From NCBI GenBank assembly GCA_944350085.1, contig CALVNY010000009.1, positions 67,317 to 99,316 on the forward strand: a stretch of 32,000 nt of DNA, written 5' to 3'. The notes under the pieces are model-generated. The model had not been told where the DNA came from, searched no databases, and was given only the letters and a program-made list of their open reading frames with translations. A program made the position numbers and the translations under genes. The stretch comes from an uncultured Clostridia bacterium (GTDB lineage Bacteria; Bacillota; Clostridia; Christensenellales; UBA1242). This document shows, one piece after another, positions 6,521-15,096 of the stretch (positions within the stretch are counted from its first letter, which is position 1; the number at the start of each line of letters is the position of its first letter).

Positions 6521-8848
6521 ATGCAAAAAACAGAAGTTAAAACAAGATTTTACACATCAGAAAAATTTAAGGGATTAAAAATTGTTTTAAAATATTTAAT
6601 TATGTTTGTTATATTTTATATTTTTTCAAAGGCAAAAATTCCCTATACATATTTAATGCCTTTTGCGTGTTCCATTTACTTTGCGTGCCTTTGGAGTAAC
6701 ACTAATTTATGGGGAACAACTCTTGCTTTTGCTTTAGGGTTTGGGCTTGGAAATTTTGAAATAAATATGCTTTATGTACTAATTAGTGTTTTAACTTTTG
6801 GCATTGTTACATATTTAGTGCATAAAAAGATAGGCAAAGGTTATAATGCTGTTTCAATAAGCATTTATTTGGCAATTTCACTATTGCCAATTATGTTTGT
6901 TAATGGAATAGATTTTAGCAATATTTTAATGGGGTTACTTGCTATAATTTTGTCTGTATGTATTTTTCTTTGTGCTTATATTTTTTTGGGAGCAACAATA
7001 AAAAGAGGTTTTTCATTTAAACTTAATTTGGACGAAATTGTTTGTGGGGAACTTATACTAATAGTTTTTAGCATGGGTTTGACTGCCATAACATTTTTTA
7101 ATGTTGAATTAATCAAGGTGTTTGCCACATTTTCAATACTGTTGTTTTGTTATGTTTATAAAGATTTTACTTGTATGCTTATAGGCTTAACAATAGGGCT
7201 TGGGCATGCAATTTGTGTTGGTGAAATTACATACATAGCTTGCTTTGGAATTTATTCGCTAATTGCGTTAGGGTTTAAAAGCAACAAATATTTGGCACTA
7301 ATTGGACTTTTAGTTTGTGAAATATTGTTAAATCTTTATTTTAAAGTTTATGAAACGAAAGTTGTTTTTGGAATTGTTGCAGTGCTTGTTGGGGGGATAA
7401 TATTTTTGATATTGCCCCTTTCAATTACAACAAAAATAAATGATTTGCTTGGTGGATATAAAGAAAAATTGGCTGTTAGAAATGTTGTTAACAGAAGCAA
7501 ACAAGGAATCAAAAACAGAATGATAGAAGTGGCAAATGTTTTTTGTGAAATGGATAGTGTTTATAGAAGCATGGTTAAAGGTGCAATTCCATTAAATGAT
7601 GCCAAACAAATGCTTAAAGAAGAAGTGATTGAAAAATGCTGTGCAAACTGCCCAGACAAAAATACTTGTTTAAGAAACAATGGCAAACTTACAGCAGAAG
7701 TTTTTGATGGGTTAATTAATGCAGGATTTGAAAGAGGAAAAGTTACATTGCTTGATGTTCCACCATTTCTTACAAGCAAGTGTGGTAGAGTTAATATTAT
7801 AATAACAAACATAAATCAGTTGCTTTTAAGTTATAGACATTATGCAACAATGGTTAATAATATGGACGCTAGCCGAGTTTTAGTGGCAGAGCAATTAAAT
7901 GGGGTTAGTTCAATAATCCGTGGGCTTGCAGAAGAACTAGACACAAATATATCCTTTGATATTAGCAGAGAAAATAGAATAATTGAAGAACTAAGTTATA
8001 AGAATATGATGTGTTTAGAAGCATTGGTTTATGAGAAAAGTGCAAACGAATTGATTGTTACATTATTAATAAAAACATTTAATTTAAACGAAAAAGTTTT
8101 GGAAAAGATTGTAAGCAAAGTTTGTGGTGGACAAATGGCAATTTCATCAAGTGAAGTTTCTAATGTTGCAGGGGCAGTGGTTTTAACATTAAAAACTGTT
8201 GCAAAATTTGATATTGTTTTTGGGTATGCAAGCACAACAAAAGTTGGCTCAGATGAAAGTGGGGATTCGCACTCATTAATAAAAATAGCAGATGGGAAAT
8301 TTATGATGGCGCTTTGCGATGGCATGGGAAGTGGAAATGTTGCAAAAAGAAAAAGCAAAGTGGCAATTAGTTTAATTGAAAATTTTTACAAGGCAGGATT
8401 TGACAACGAAACAATTTTAAATAGTGTAAATAAATTGTTGTCACTAAATAGTGAAGAAACTTTTTCGGCAGTTGATGTTTGTGTGCTAGACCTTAATAAT
8501 TCAATCTGTGATTTTATAAAACTTGGTGCAACTTATGGATTTATTAAAAGAAACAATGAAACAATTGTAATTGATAGTAGTGGTTTGCCAATAGGGGTTT
8601 TAGAAGAAGTAAAACCTCATATTACCAAAAAACTTATTCAGGCAAACGATATTATTGTTTTGATTAGTGATGGAATTACTGATGCATTTCAAGAAAAGGA
8701 AGAACTTACAACATACATTAACAATTTAGAATTTATTAATCCAAAAACAATCGCTGATGACATATTAAAATCTGCTATGGAAAGAAATTCCAATATGCCA
8801 AAAGATGATATGAGCGTGGTTGTTGTTAGAGTGTTCAATAGAGTTTAA
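6521..8848 (+). CDS. spoIIE: stage II sporulation protein E (membrane PP2C-type phosphatase)
   Basis: About ten N-terminal TM segments, a central regulatory region and a C-terminal PP2C domain (GDSHSLIKIADGKFMMALCDGMGSGNVA...ISDGITD...DDMSVVVVRV). I prefer ATG 6521 with SD GGGGAAAAAG over the track start 6473. Confidence 0.9.
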   Translation: MQKTEVKTRFYTSEKFKGLKIVLKYLIMFVIFYIFSKAKIPYTYLMPFACSIYFACLWSNTNLWGTTLAFALGFGLGNFEINMLYVLISVLTFGIVTYLVHKKIGKGYNAVSISIYLAISLLPIMFVNGIDFSNILMGLLAIILSVCIFLCAYIFLGATIKRGFSFKLNLDEIVCGELILIVFSMGLTAITFFNVELIKVFATFSILLFCYVYKDFTCMLIGLTIGLGHAICVGEITYIACFGIYSLIALGFKSNKYLALIGLLVCEILLNLYFKVYETKVVFGIVAVLVGGIIFLILPLSITTKINDLLGGYKEKLAVRNVVNRSKQGIKNRMIEVANVFCEMDSVYRSMVKGAIPLNDAKQMLKEEVIEKCCANCPDKNTCLRNNGKLTAEVFDGLINAGFERGKVTLLDVPPFLTSKCGRVNIIITNINQLLLSYRHYATMVNNMDASRVLVAEQLNGVSSIIRGLAEELDTNISFDISRENRIIEELSYKNMMCLEALVYEKSANELIVTLLIKTFNLNEKVLEKIVSKVCGGQMAISSSEVSNVAGAVVLTLKTVAKFDIVFGYASTTKVGSDESGDSHSLIKIADGKFMMALCDGMGSGNVAKRKSKVAISLIENFYKAGFDNETILNSVNKLLSLNSEETFSAVDVCVLDLNNSICDFIKLGATYGFIKRNNETIVIDSSGLPIGVLEEVKPHITKKLIQANDIIVLISDGITDAFQEKEELTTYINNLEFINPKTIADDILKSAMERNSNMPKDDMSVVVVRVFNRV

Positions 8849-9045
8849 TATTTTTTTAATTTGAAAATATTTACCAAAAAATTTAAGTTTTAGTTAAAAT
8901 ACAATAGTTTTTTAATTAATTTTTAAAAAAATTACACCAATTTACGGAAAATTTTTGAAAATATGTTATAATAAAATAAGTTTGCTATTTACAATCAAAG
9001 CATATAATTGTATAATTATTTTGTAGTAAATAATAGGTGGAAATT

Positions 9046-10392
9046 ATGGATAAGATTAAGGAAGCGATTGTTAAAAATAATTTAATTAACGAAAATGAAA
9101 TAATTGGTGTTGCATGTTCTGGGGGCATTGATAGTATGTGCTTGCTTGTTGCACTAAATGAAATTAGTAAAGAATTAAATTTTAAAGTTGTAGCAATCAA
9201 TGTTGACCATTGTATTAGAGAAGTTAGTGCAAAAGATTCTGAATTTGTTGAAAATTTTTGCAAAAAAAATCAAATTCCTGTAAAGTGCTTTAAAATAGAT
9301 GCACTTAAACTTAGTGAAGAAAAGAAAATTAGTGTTGAACTAGCAGCAAGGGAAGCCAGATATAAAATTTTTAATAGTTTAATTGAAAAAGGAATTGTTA
9401 ATAAAATTGCTCTTGGACATCACATGGTTGACCAAGCTGAAACTATACTTTTAAATATTTTAAGGGGTAGTGGACTTAGTGGAGCAAGTGGAATGAGTTA
9501 TATCCGTGATGGAAAATTTATTCGTCCAATGCTTAAAGTTTCGAAAGCAGAAATCCGTGCTTATGTAAGCAACAACGAAATTCCTTATGTTGAAGATGAA
9601 ACAAATAAAAATAATGAATATAGCCGTAATTACTTGCGTAATGTTTTAATGCCAATGATTAGGTCAAAATGGCCTAATGCTGATAGAACAATTTGCAACT
9701 TTGGGGTTATTGCAAGGGAAGATGATGAATATATTTATTCAACTTTAAACGATTCAGGTGTTATTTATGAAAATGAAAACACTGCAAAAATTCCAACAAG
9801 TTATTTTGCAATTTACAAACCAAGTGCAATAAATAGAATTATTATAAAAGCATTTAACAAAATTGGTGCAACAGTTGATATTGAAAGAAAACACTTAAAA
9901 ATTATAGTTGGCTTGGCACTTGAAGGGGAAAATGGAAATAAAATCAATTTGCCACACAAAATTAGTGTTATTAAAGAGTACAATTACATTACAATAACAA
10001 ATAGAAATTATAAAGCAAAAAAGGTTTGCTATAAATTTGAAAGAGAAAATAATAAACTTAACATACCAGATTTTGGGGTTATTGAAATAAGACGCACTAC
10101 AAAGCGTGATCCAAAATGTTTTACCCATTTAGTTGATGCCAAAAAAATTCCATCTGGTGCTGTTTGGCGTTTTAGAGAAGATGGAGATTTGATTGAAAAA
10201 TTTGGTGGTGGAACAAAGAGTTTAAGTGATTATTTAATTGATAAAAAAGTTCCAAGCAGAATTCGTCATAATTTACCTGTGCTTGCTGTAAATAACGAAA
10301 TTTTAATTATTGCAGGCGTTGAAATTAGCAACAAAGTTAAAGTTGATGAAAATACAAGAACTGCTTTAGGAATTAATGTTGTAAGGTTTTAA
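9046..10392 (+). CDS. tilS: tRNA(Ile)-lysidine synthase
   Basis: PP-loop motif GVACSGGIDSM, TilS C-terminal domain (GGTKSLSDYLIDKKVP). ATG 9046 with SD AGGTGG 5 nt upstream; the track start 9037 is GTG. Confidence 0.9.
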   Translation: MDKIKEAIVKNNLINENEIIGVACSGGIDSMCLLVALNEISKELNFKVVAINVDHCIREVSAKDSEFVENFCKKNQIPVKCFKIDALKLSEEKKISVELAAREARYKIFNSLIEKGIVNKIALGHHMVDQAETILLNILRGSGLSGASGMSYIRDGKFIRPMLKVSKAEIRAYVSNNEIPYVEDETNKNNEYSRNYLRNVLMPMIRSKWPNADRTICNFGVIAREDDEYIYSTLNDSGVIYENENTAKIPTSYFAIYKPSAINRIIIKAFNKIGATVDIERKHLKIIVGLALEGENGNKINLPHKISVIKEYNYITITNRNYKAKKVCYKFERENNKLNIPDFGVIEIRRTTKRDPKCFTHLVDAKKIPSGAVWRFREDGDLIEKFGGGTKSLSDYLIDKKVPSRIRHNLPVLAVNNEILIIAGVEISNKVKVDENTRTALGINVVRF

Positions 10393-10394
10393 AA

Positions 10395-11690
10395 ATGGAA
10401 AAAATAAGTACGAATTTAATTAGATTGGCGGAAACTGCTAAATCTGAAAATGAAAAAATTTATATAGTTGGTGGGTATATAAGAAACTACTTTTTAAAAT
10501 CATATCCAACTGATATTGACCTTAGTGGAACACCTAATACTAATGAAATTTGTTTGATTGCAGGGAAATGTGGATTTTCTTCTCAAGTGGTTAATGAAAA
10601 ATTAGGCACAGTTTTGTTAACGGGTTTTGGAGAACAATATGAATACACACCATTTAGAAAGGATATTTACGAAAAGGGTGGATTTCACACTCCAAAAGAT
10701 GTTGAATTTGTAAAAAGTTTGGAAGTTGATGTTACAAGAAGAGATTTTTCAATTAACACTATGTACTATGACATAGTTGAAAATAAAATAATTGACATTT
10801 TCAATGCAAAAAAAGATATAAAACATAAATTAATAAAATGCATAATTTCGCCTAGACATGTGTTTAGTAGTGATGGACTTAGGATATTAAGGCTAGTAAG
10901 GTTTGCTTGTGAACTAGACTTAAATATTGAAAAAGAAACTTATAAATCTGCAAAAAAATATGCCTATCAGTTAAAAGACATTTCAAAAGACAGAATTATT
11001 AAAGAACTTAAATTAATGATTACAAGTGATGAAAGATGTGAATATGATGCCTACGCACATGTTAAAGCAATTAAATTATTAAATAGTTTGGGGCTATGGC
11101 GATACATATTTAATAGTGATTTTAAAAACTTTAAAGTGTCATTAAAAGGAAATGTTTTTAATATGTACAAAAAGTGCAAACCCGAAGAAAGGTTTACTGC
11201 ACTTATGTGTGTTGTGTTTTACAATATATTTAAATCTTACAAATTTAATGACCAACTAATAGATTTTTACTTAAATATTATGTTAGGTTCCGATGGACTA
11301 AGATTGCAAAAAAGCATTAACAACATAAAATCTTTAATTTTAGTTTTAAGGGAAATGACAACAAAATCAAATAGTGCTTATGCTTACAATAAACTATGTA
11401 TTATGTTTAATAATTTAAGTGAAGAAAATAAAAATATTATAAAATGTGGATTTGACACATTAAATATTGAACAAAATATTCAAGATTTGTTTGATGCAAA
11501 GGTTCCATTTAAACAAAGTGACATTGACATTTCTAGCAAAGAATTAATGGATATGGGAATAACAAACAAAAATTTAAAAAAGGTTTATAGTTTAATTACT
11601 TTTGAACTTTTAAGTTTAACTTTAAAAAATAAAAAAGAAGATATAATTGAATATATTAAACATTTCTTAAAAGATGAAATTAAAAAATAA
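10395..11690 (+). CDS. cca: CCA-adding tRNA nucleotidyltransferase / poly(A) polymerase family protein
   Basis: IYIVGGYIRNYFL...DIDL (GGxxRD and DxD nucleotidyltransferase motifs) and RRDFSINTMYYD (RRDFTINA-type motif). Confidence 0.8.
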   Translation: MEKISTNLIRLAETAKSENEKIYIVGGYIRNYFLKSYPTDIDLSGTPNTNEICLIAGKCGFSSQVVNEKLGTVLLTGFGEQYEYTPFRKDIYEKGGFHTPKDVEFVKSLEVDVTRRDFSINTMYYDIVENKIIDIFNAKKDIKHKLIKCIISPRHVFSSDGLRILRLVRFACELDLNIEKETYKSAKKYAYQLKDISKDRIIKELKLMITSDERCEYDAYAHVKAIKLLNSLGLWRYIFNSDFKNFKVSLKGNVFNMYKKCKPEERFTALMCVVFYNIFKSYKFNDQLIDFYLNIMLGSDGLRLQKSINNIKSLILVLREMTTKSNSAYAYNKLCIMFNNLSEENKNIIKCGFDTLNIEQNIQDLFDAKVPFKQSDIDISSKELMDMGITNKNLKKVYSLITFELLSLTLKNKKEDIIEYIKHFLKDEIKK

Positions 11691-11717
11691 TCTCCAACAT
11701 TAGAGATTATTTTTTTT
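11686..11717 (+). terminator. rho-independent terminator after cca
   Basis: Stem TAATCTC / GAGATTA around an 8-nt loop, then T8 (11710-11717). Confidence 0.7.
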
Positions 11718-11807
11718 ATAACTATCACTAAAATATTGGAGTTTATTTTACATAATTATTATAAATTTATACATACTAAATTTAATCATACAGTAGGAGA
11801 AAATTTT

Positions 11808-13454
11808 GTGGAAAATAAAAAAGATAAAATAATAAATAAAAAAGATTATAGCAATATTCAAAATAAAAATGAAAATAAATTGTCAAAAGTTTATACTACA
11901 AAAGAAACAAAAGCGAATAAATCTAGTAACAACAAAATCAAAAATGAAACCACCAAAAATAAAAAGAGTAAAACTAGCAAAAAAACAAACAATCTAAAAA
12001 AATCAAAAAATAATAAAATTAAGAAAAAGGACAAAACAGGCATTTTAATTGGTGCAACATCAATAATATCTTTGCTTTTGATAATGGTTGTTGTTGGTGA
12101 ATTATATTTGATGGATAGTAGCAATTCAAATATGTTAAGTTACAATGCCAATGTTAATGGAATAAATGTTGGAGGCATGGAACTATCAAAAGCCAACGAA
12201 AAATTGGTAAGTGCCTTTAATGAAAAAGCAGAAAATTTTGAATTGAATTTAAACTATAAAGATAAAAGGTGGACGCTAACAAATAGTGATTTTGAGATAA
12301 ATTCAAACATACACACAATTTTAGAAGAAGCATATTTGCATGGAACTAATTCATCTTATGAAATTCAAAAAGAAAACACAAATAAAATAATCAAAAATGG
12401 TGGAACAGTTAATGTTGCATTTAACTATGTGTTTTTAGGATTAGATGAAAAAATTGATGAAATTTTAAGCGAAATCGAACTTGAGCCTGTAAATTCTGAA
12501 GTTGTGTTTAATTCTAGAAGCAAAGCCAAGTTTTACATTACAGATGAAAAAAATGGATATAAAGTAAATAAAGAAAAGTTGTATGACGAAATTAATAGAC
12601 AATTTTTAATTAGCAATAAAATAAATATTGACTTAGAGTTGGAAGAAACCGAGCCTGAAATAACAAAAGAATATAATGAAAGCATAACCAACTTGCGTTC
12701 AAGTTTTAGCACAAGTGTTTCGGACAGCACGGGCGCTAGAAAAAGCAATGTTAGGGTTGCTCTTGCAAAAATTGATGGATTAAAGATTAATCCGGGGGAA
12801 AGCATTTCATTTAATTATTTAACAGGTCCACACACACTTGAAAATGGATACAAAGTGGCAACTATCATTTACAACGGACGATTTACAGATGGAATTGGTG
12901 GTGGAATTTGTCAGGCAAGCACAACATTATATAATGCACTAATTAGGGCAGATATTCAAATAGATGAAGTAAACAAACACACATTGCCTGTAAAATATGT
13001 TCCTCTTGCTCTTGATGCTATGGTTGCAGAATATATTTCTGATTTGCGTTTTACTAACAACTTAGACACTCCAATATTTATTAGTGCATATTGTGATAGC
13101 GAAAAAGCCTATGTTGATATTTACGGCGAAAAAATGGAAGAAGGGCTAGAAATTAAAACTAGAAGTGAAACTGTAAGGACTATCAAACATGGTGGCGACA
13201 ATATAATTGTTGACACTAATAAAGAATACACAGACAAAGTTTTGTTTAAAGGGGAATATTATAGATTAACATATCCAAAAGATGGTTATGAGGTTAAGGC
13301 ATACTTAGATTATTATGTAAATGGAGAGTTAAAGGAAGAAAAACTTATTAGGCACGAAACATATCAACCTCAAAATGGTATAGTTATAGAAGGTGGTGCA
13401 GAACCAGTTGCAGGGATGACTCCTATTGAAAGCAATGTTGTTATACAAAATTAA
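11808..13454 (+). CDS. VanW family protein with Lys/Asn-rich N-terminus, TM anchor and G5-like C-terminal domain
   Basis: GGGICQASTTLYNA is the VanW core motif. TM segment GILIGATSIISLLLIMVVVG. GTG 11808 preceded by SD AGGAGA 7 nt upstream is preferred over the track start 11736. Confidence 0.85.
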   Translation: MENKKDKIINKKDYSNIQNKNENKLSKVYTTKETKANKSSNNKIKNETTKNKKSKTSKKTNNLKKSKNNKIKKKDKTGILIGATSIISLLLIMVVVGELYLMDSSNSNMLSYNANVNGINVGGMELSKANEKLVSAFNEKAENFELNLNYKDKRWTLTNSDFEINSNIHTILEEAYLHGTNSSYEIQKENTNKIIKNGGTVNVAFNYVFLGLDEKIDEILSEIELEPVNSEVVFNSRSKAKFYITDEKNGYKVNKEKLYDEINRQFLISNKINIDLELEETEPEITKEYNESITNLRSSFSTSVSDSTGARKSNVRVALAKIDGLKINPGESISFNYLTGPHTLENGYKVATIIYNGRFTDGIGGGICQASTTLYNALIRADIQIDEVNKHTLPVKYVPLALDAMVAEYISDLRFTNNLDTPIFISAYCDSEKAYVDIYGEKMEEGLEIKTRSETVRTIKHGGDNIIVDTNKEYTDKVLFKGEYYRLTYPKDGYEVKAYLDYYVNGELKEEKLIRHETYQPQNGIVIEGGAEPVAGMTPIESNVVIQN

Positions 13455-13546
13455 TTTTACTTTTATGAAAATATTTTAAATTTATATTCAAACAATTGCA
13501 CTTGCCTTTGGTGGTAAGATGATTAAAAAAATAATTATAAATTTAT

Positions 13547-13595
13547 GGTATACATTTTTATTCATAAAAAATGTATACCTATTTTTATTTTTTTG
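13547..13595 (+). terminator. rho-independent terminator of the VanW gene
   Basis: Perfect 13-bp stem GGTATACATTTTT (13547-13559) / AAAAATGTATACC (13567-13579), 7-nt loop, then TATTTTTATTTTTTT. Confidence 0.8.
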
Positions 13596-13632
13596 CACGG
13601 CAAAAAAGTTTGTCATAATTGCACAAACTTTT

Positions 13633-13840
13633 TGTTGATAACTTTTAAAATTTATATATATTCATCACTTTTGTTCTAAAATTAGAAAAATGTTTAACAT
13701 ACAAATTGTGGATAACTTTAAAATTTTTTGTGGAAATGTGGATAACTTAACAATTTTTATACATAATTTTGTGTTTTTATACAATTTTTTATAAATATTC
13801 ATTAAAATTTATAAATATTTTTTTGTGCATAAGTGGATAA
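13633..13840. promoter_or_regulatory. DnaA-box cluster (two perfect and two single-mismatch boxes, all in the same orientation)
   Basis: TGTGGATAA, the complement of the TTATCCACA consensus, is perfect at 13707-13715 and 13737-13745. Single-mismatch copies are TGTTGATAA at 13633-13641 and AGTGGATAA at 13832-13840. All four share the extended core G(T/G)GATAACTT. A weaker TGTGGAAAT lies at 13729-13737. Confidence 0.7.
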
Positions 13841-13978
13841 CTTATAAATATTAAAAATTAGATTTAACTTGACAAAATATTTATTCATAATTATTCATAT
13901 TGCACATTTTGTTCAAAATTATTCAAATTTAAAAGGTTAATAATATAGGTGTTTTTTGGGGTTTTTATATTTATAAAT

Positions 13979-14087
13979 AAAAAAATTGTGCTATGAATAT
14001 TTAATCATAGCACAAATTAATTTATATTTAACAACTAAAACTTAGTTGGAATAAGGGGGGAGGATGTATACAAATTAATGTATACAC
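13979..14087 (-). ncRNA. candidate ~109-nt trans-acting sRNA with a C-rich (anti-SD-like) single-stranded seed
   Basis: Minus strand: -35 TTAACA (14120-14115), 16-nt spacer, -10 CATAAT (14098-14093). 5' hairpin UGUAUACA-uuaauu-UGUAUACA (14086-14065). Unpaired UCCUCCCCCCUUAUUC (14064-14049). Hairpin CAACUAA-GUU-UUAGUUG (14048-14032). AU-rich linker, then an 11-bp terminator stem (14015-13986) and U7 (13985-13979). No ORF. Prediction only. Confidence 0.45.
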
Positions 14088-14222
14088 TTCATATTATGTT
14101 TTTTGTTTTGCTTGTGTTAATATTTTAATGTTTTTTTATAATAATTTATTTATTAAAATAATAGAGATTATTATAAATCTTTGATATAATGTTTATGCAT
14201 AATAAAAATGTGAAGGTGAATT

Positions 14223-15008
14223 ATGGATAAAGTTGTTGTAGTTACTGGTGGCACTAGTGGAATAGGAAGAGAACTTGTTAATTTATATTTAAGGGATAAT
14301 GACCAAGTTGTTATTTTGGCAAATGCAAATTTATATAAAATGGAAAATGTTATACTATGTGATGTTTCTGATGAAGATCAAGTAAAACAAGCATTCAATG
14401 ATATTAAAGAAAAGTATGGCAGGGTAGATATTTTAGTTAATTGTGCTGGGTTTGGAGTTAGTGGAGCATTGGAACTTATTCCAAATGAAAAGGCTGAAAG
14501 CATTATGGCTGTAAATTTTATGGGAGTTTATAATTGTTCAAAATATGCTTTGCCACTTATGGCAAAAGGAAGCAATATCATAAATATTAGCAGTGCGTGT
14601 GCATTATTTCCTTTGCCTTTTAGAGGGCTATATTGTGCAAGCAAGGCTGCAGTTAGTTTGTTGAGTTATAGTTGGCGTATGGAATGTGCTCCTTTTGGAG
14701 TAAATATTGGTTGCGTGTGTCCGGGGGATGTTAGAACTGAATTTACAAAAAACAGGGTTAAAAATTACGAAACAAATGAAAGATATGGAACACGAGTAAA
14801 AACTGCTGCTGAAAAGGTTGATAGTAGGCAAGACAAAAGAATGGAACCATACAAAGTTGCAAGAAAAATTTACAAGTATAGTTTAAAGAGAAAACCAAAG
14901 CCATTGATAATAATTGGTGGAAAGTATAAATTGCTTTATTTTGCATCAAAAATTTTCCCACTAAAGTGGTTGCTTTACTTTACACAAAAAATTTATGGTG
15001 GAAAATAA
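14223..15008 (+). CDS. SDR family oxidoreductase
   Basis: VVVTGGTSGIG (TGxxxGxG), NCAG, and the catalytic S...YCASK motif. SD GAAGGTG. Extended -10 TGATATAAT at 14181-14190. Confidence 0.9.
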   Translation: MDKVVVVTGGTSGIGRELVNLYLRDNDQVVILANANLYKMENVILCDVSDEDQVKQAFNDIKEKYGRVDILVNCAGFGVSGALELIPNEKAESIMAVNFMGVYNCSKYALPLMAKGSNIINISSACALFPLPFRGLYCASKAAVSLLSYSWRMECAPFGVNIGCVCPGDVRTEFTKNRVKNYETNERYGTRVKTAAEKVDSRQDKRMEPYKVARKIYKYSLKRKPKPLIIIGGKYKLLYFASKIFPLKWLLYFTQKIYGGK

Positions 15009-15065
15009 ATAAATTAAAAAATATTTAAAGTAAAATTTTAATAAACAAAAATATAAATTAAAAAA

Positions 15066-15096
15066 TAAAAAACTCTAAGGAATTAGAGTTTTTTTA
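15066..15096. terminator. bidirectional terminator between the convergent SDR gene and the 564-aa gene
   Basis: 8-bp stem AACTCTAA (15071-15078) / TTAGAGTT (15083-15090), A-run upstream and T7 downstream. Confidence 0.85.

Noticed and set aside
13519-13635. 38-codon ORF (MIKKIIINLWYTFLFIKNVYLFLFFCTAKKFVIIAQTFC) with a GGTGGT SD-like sequence
   Set aside because: It reads straight through the 13-bp VanW terminator hairpin and its T tract. The hydrophobicity is what T-rich terminator DNA encodes, and the SD spacing is only 3 nt.
14222-14230. Single-mismatch DnaA-like TATGGATAA at the SDR start (also at the tilS start, 9045-9053)
   Set aside because: Both are simply ATG GAT AA(A/G) (Met-Asp-Lys) start contexts. 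This is a coincidence of coding sequence and not part of the cluster.
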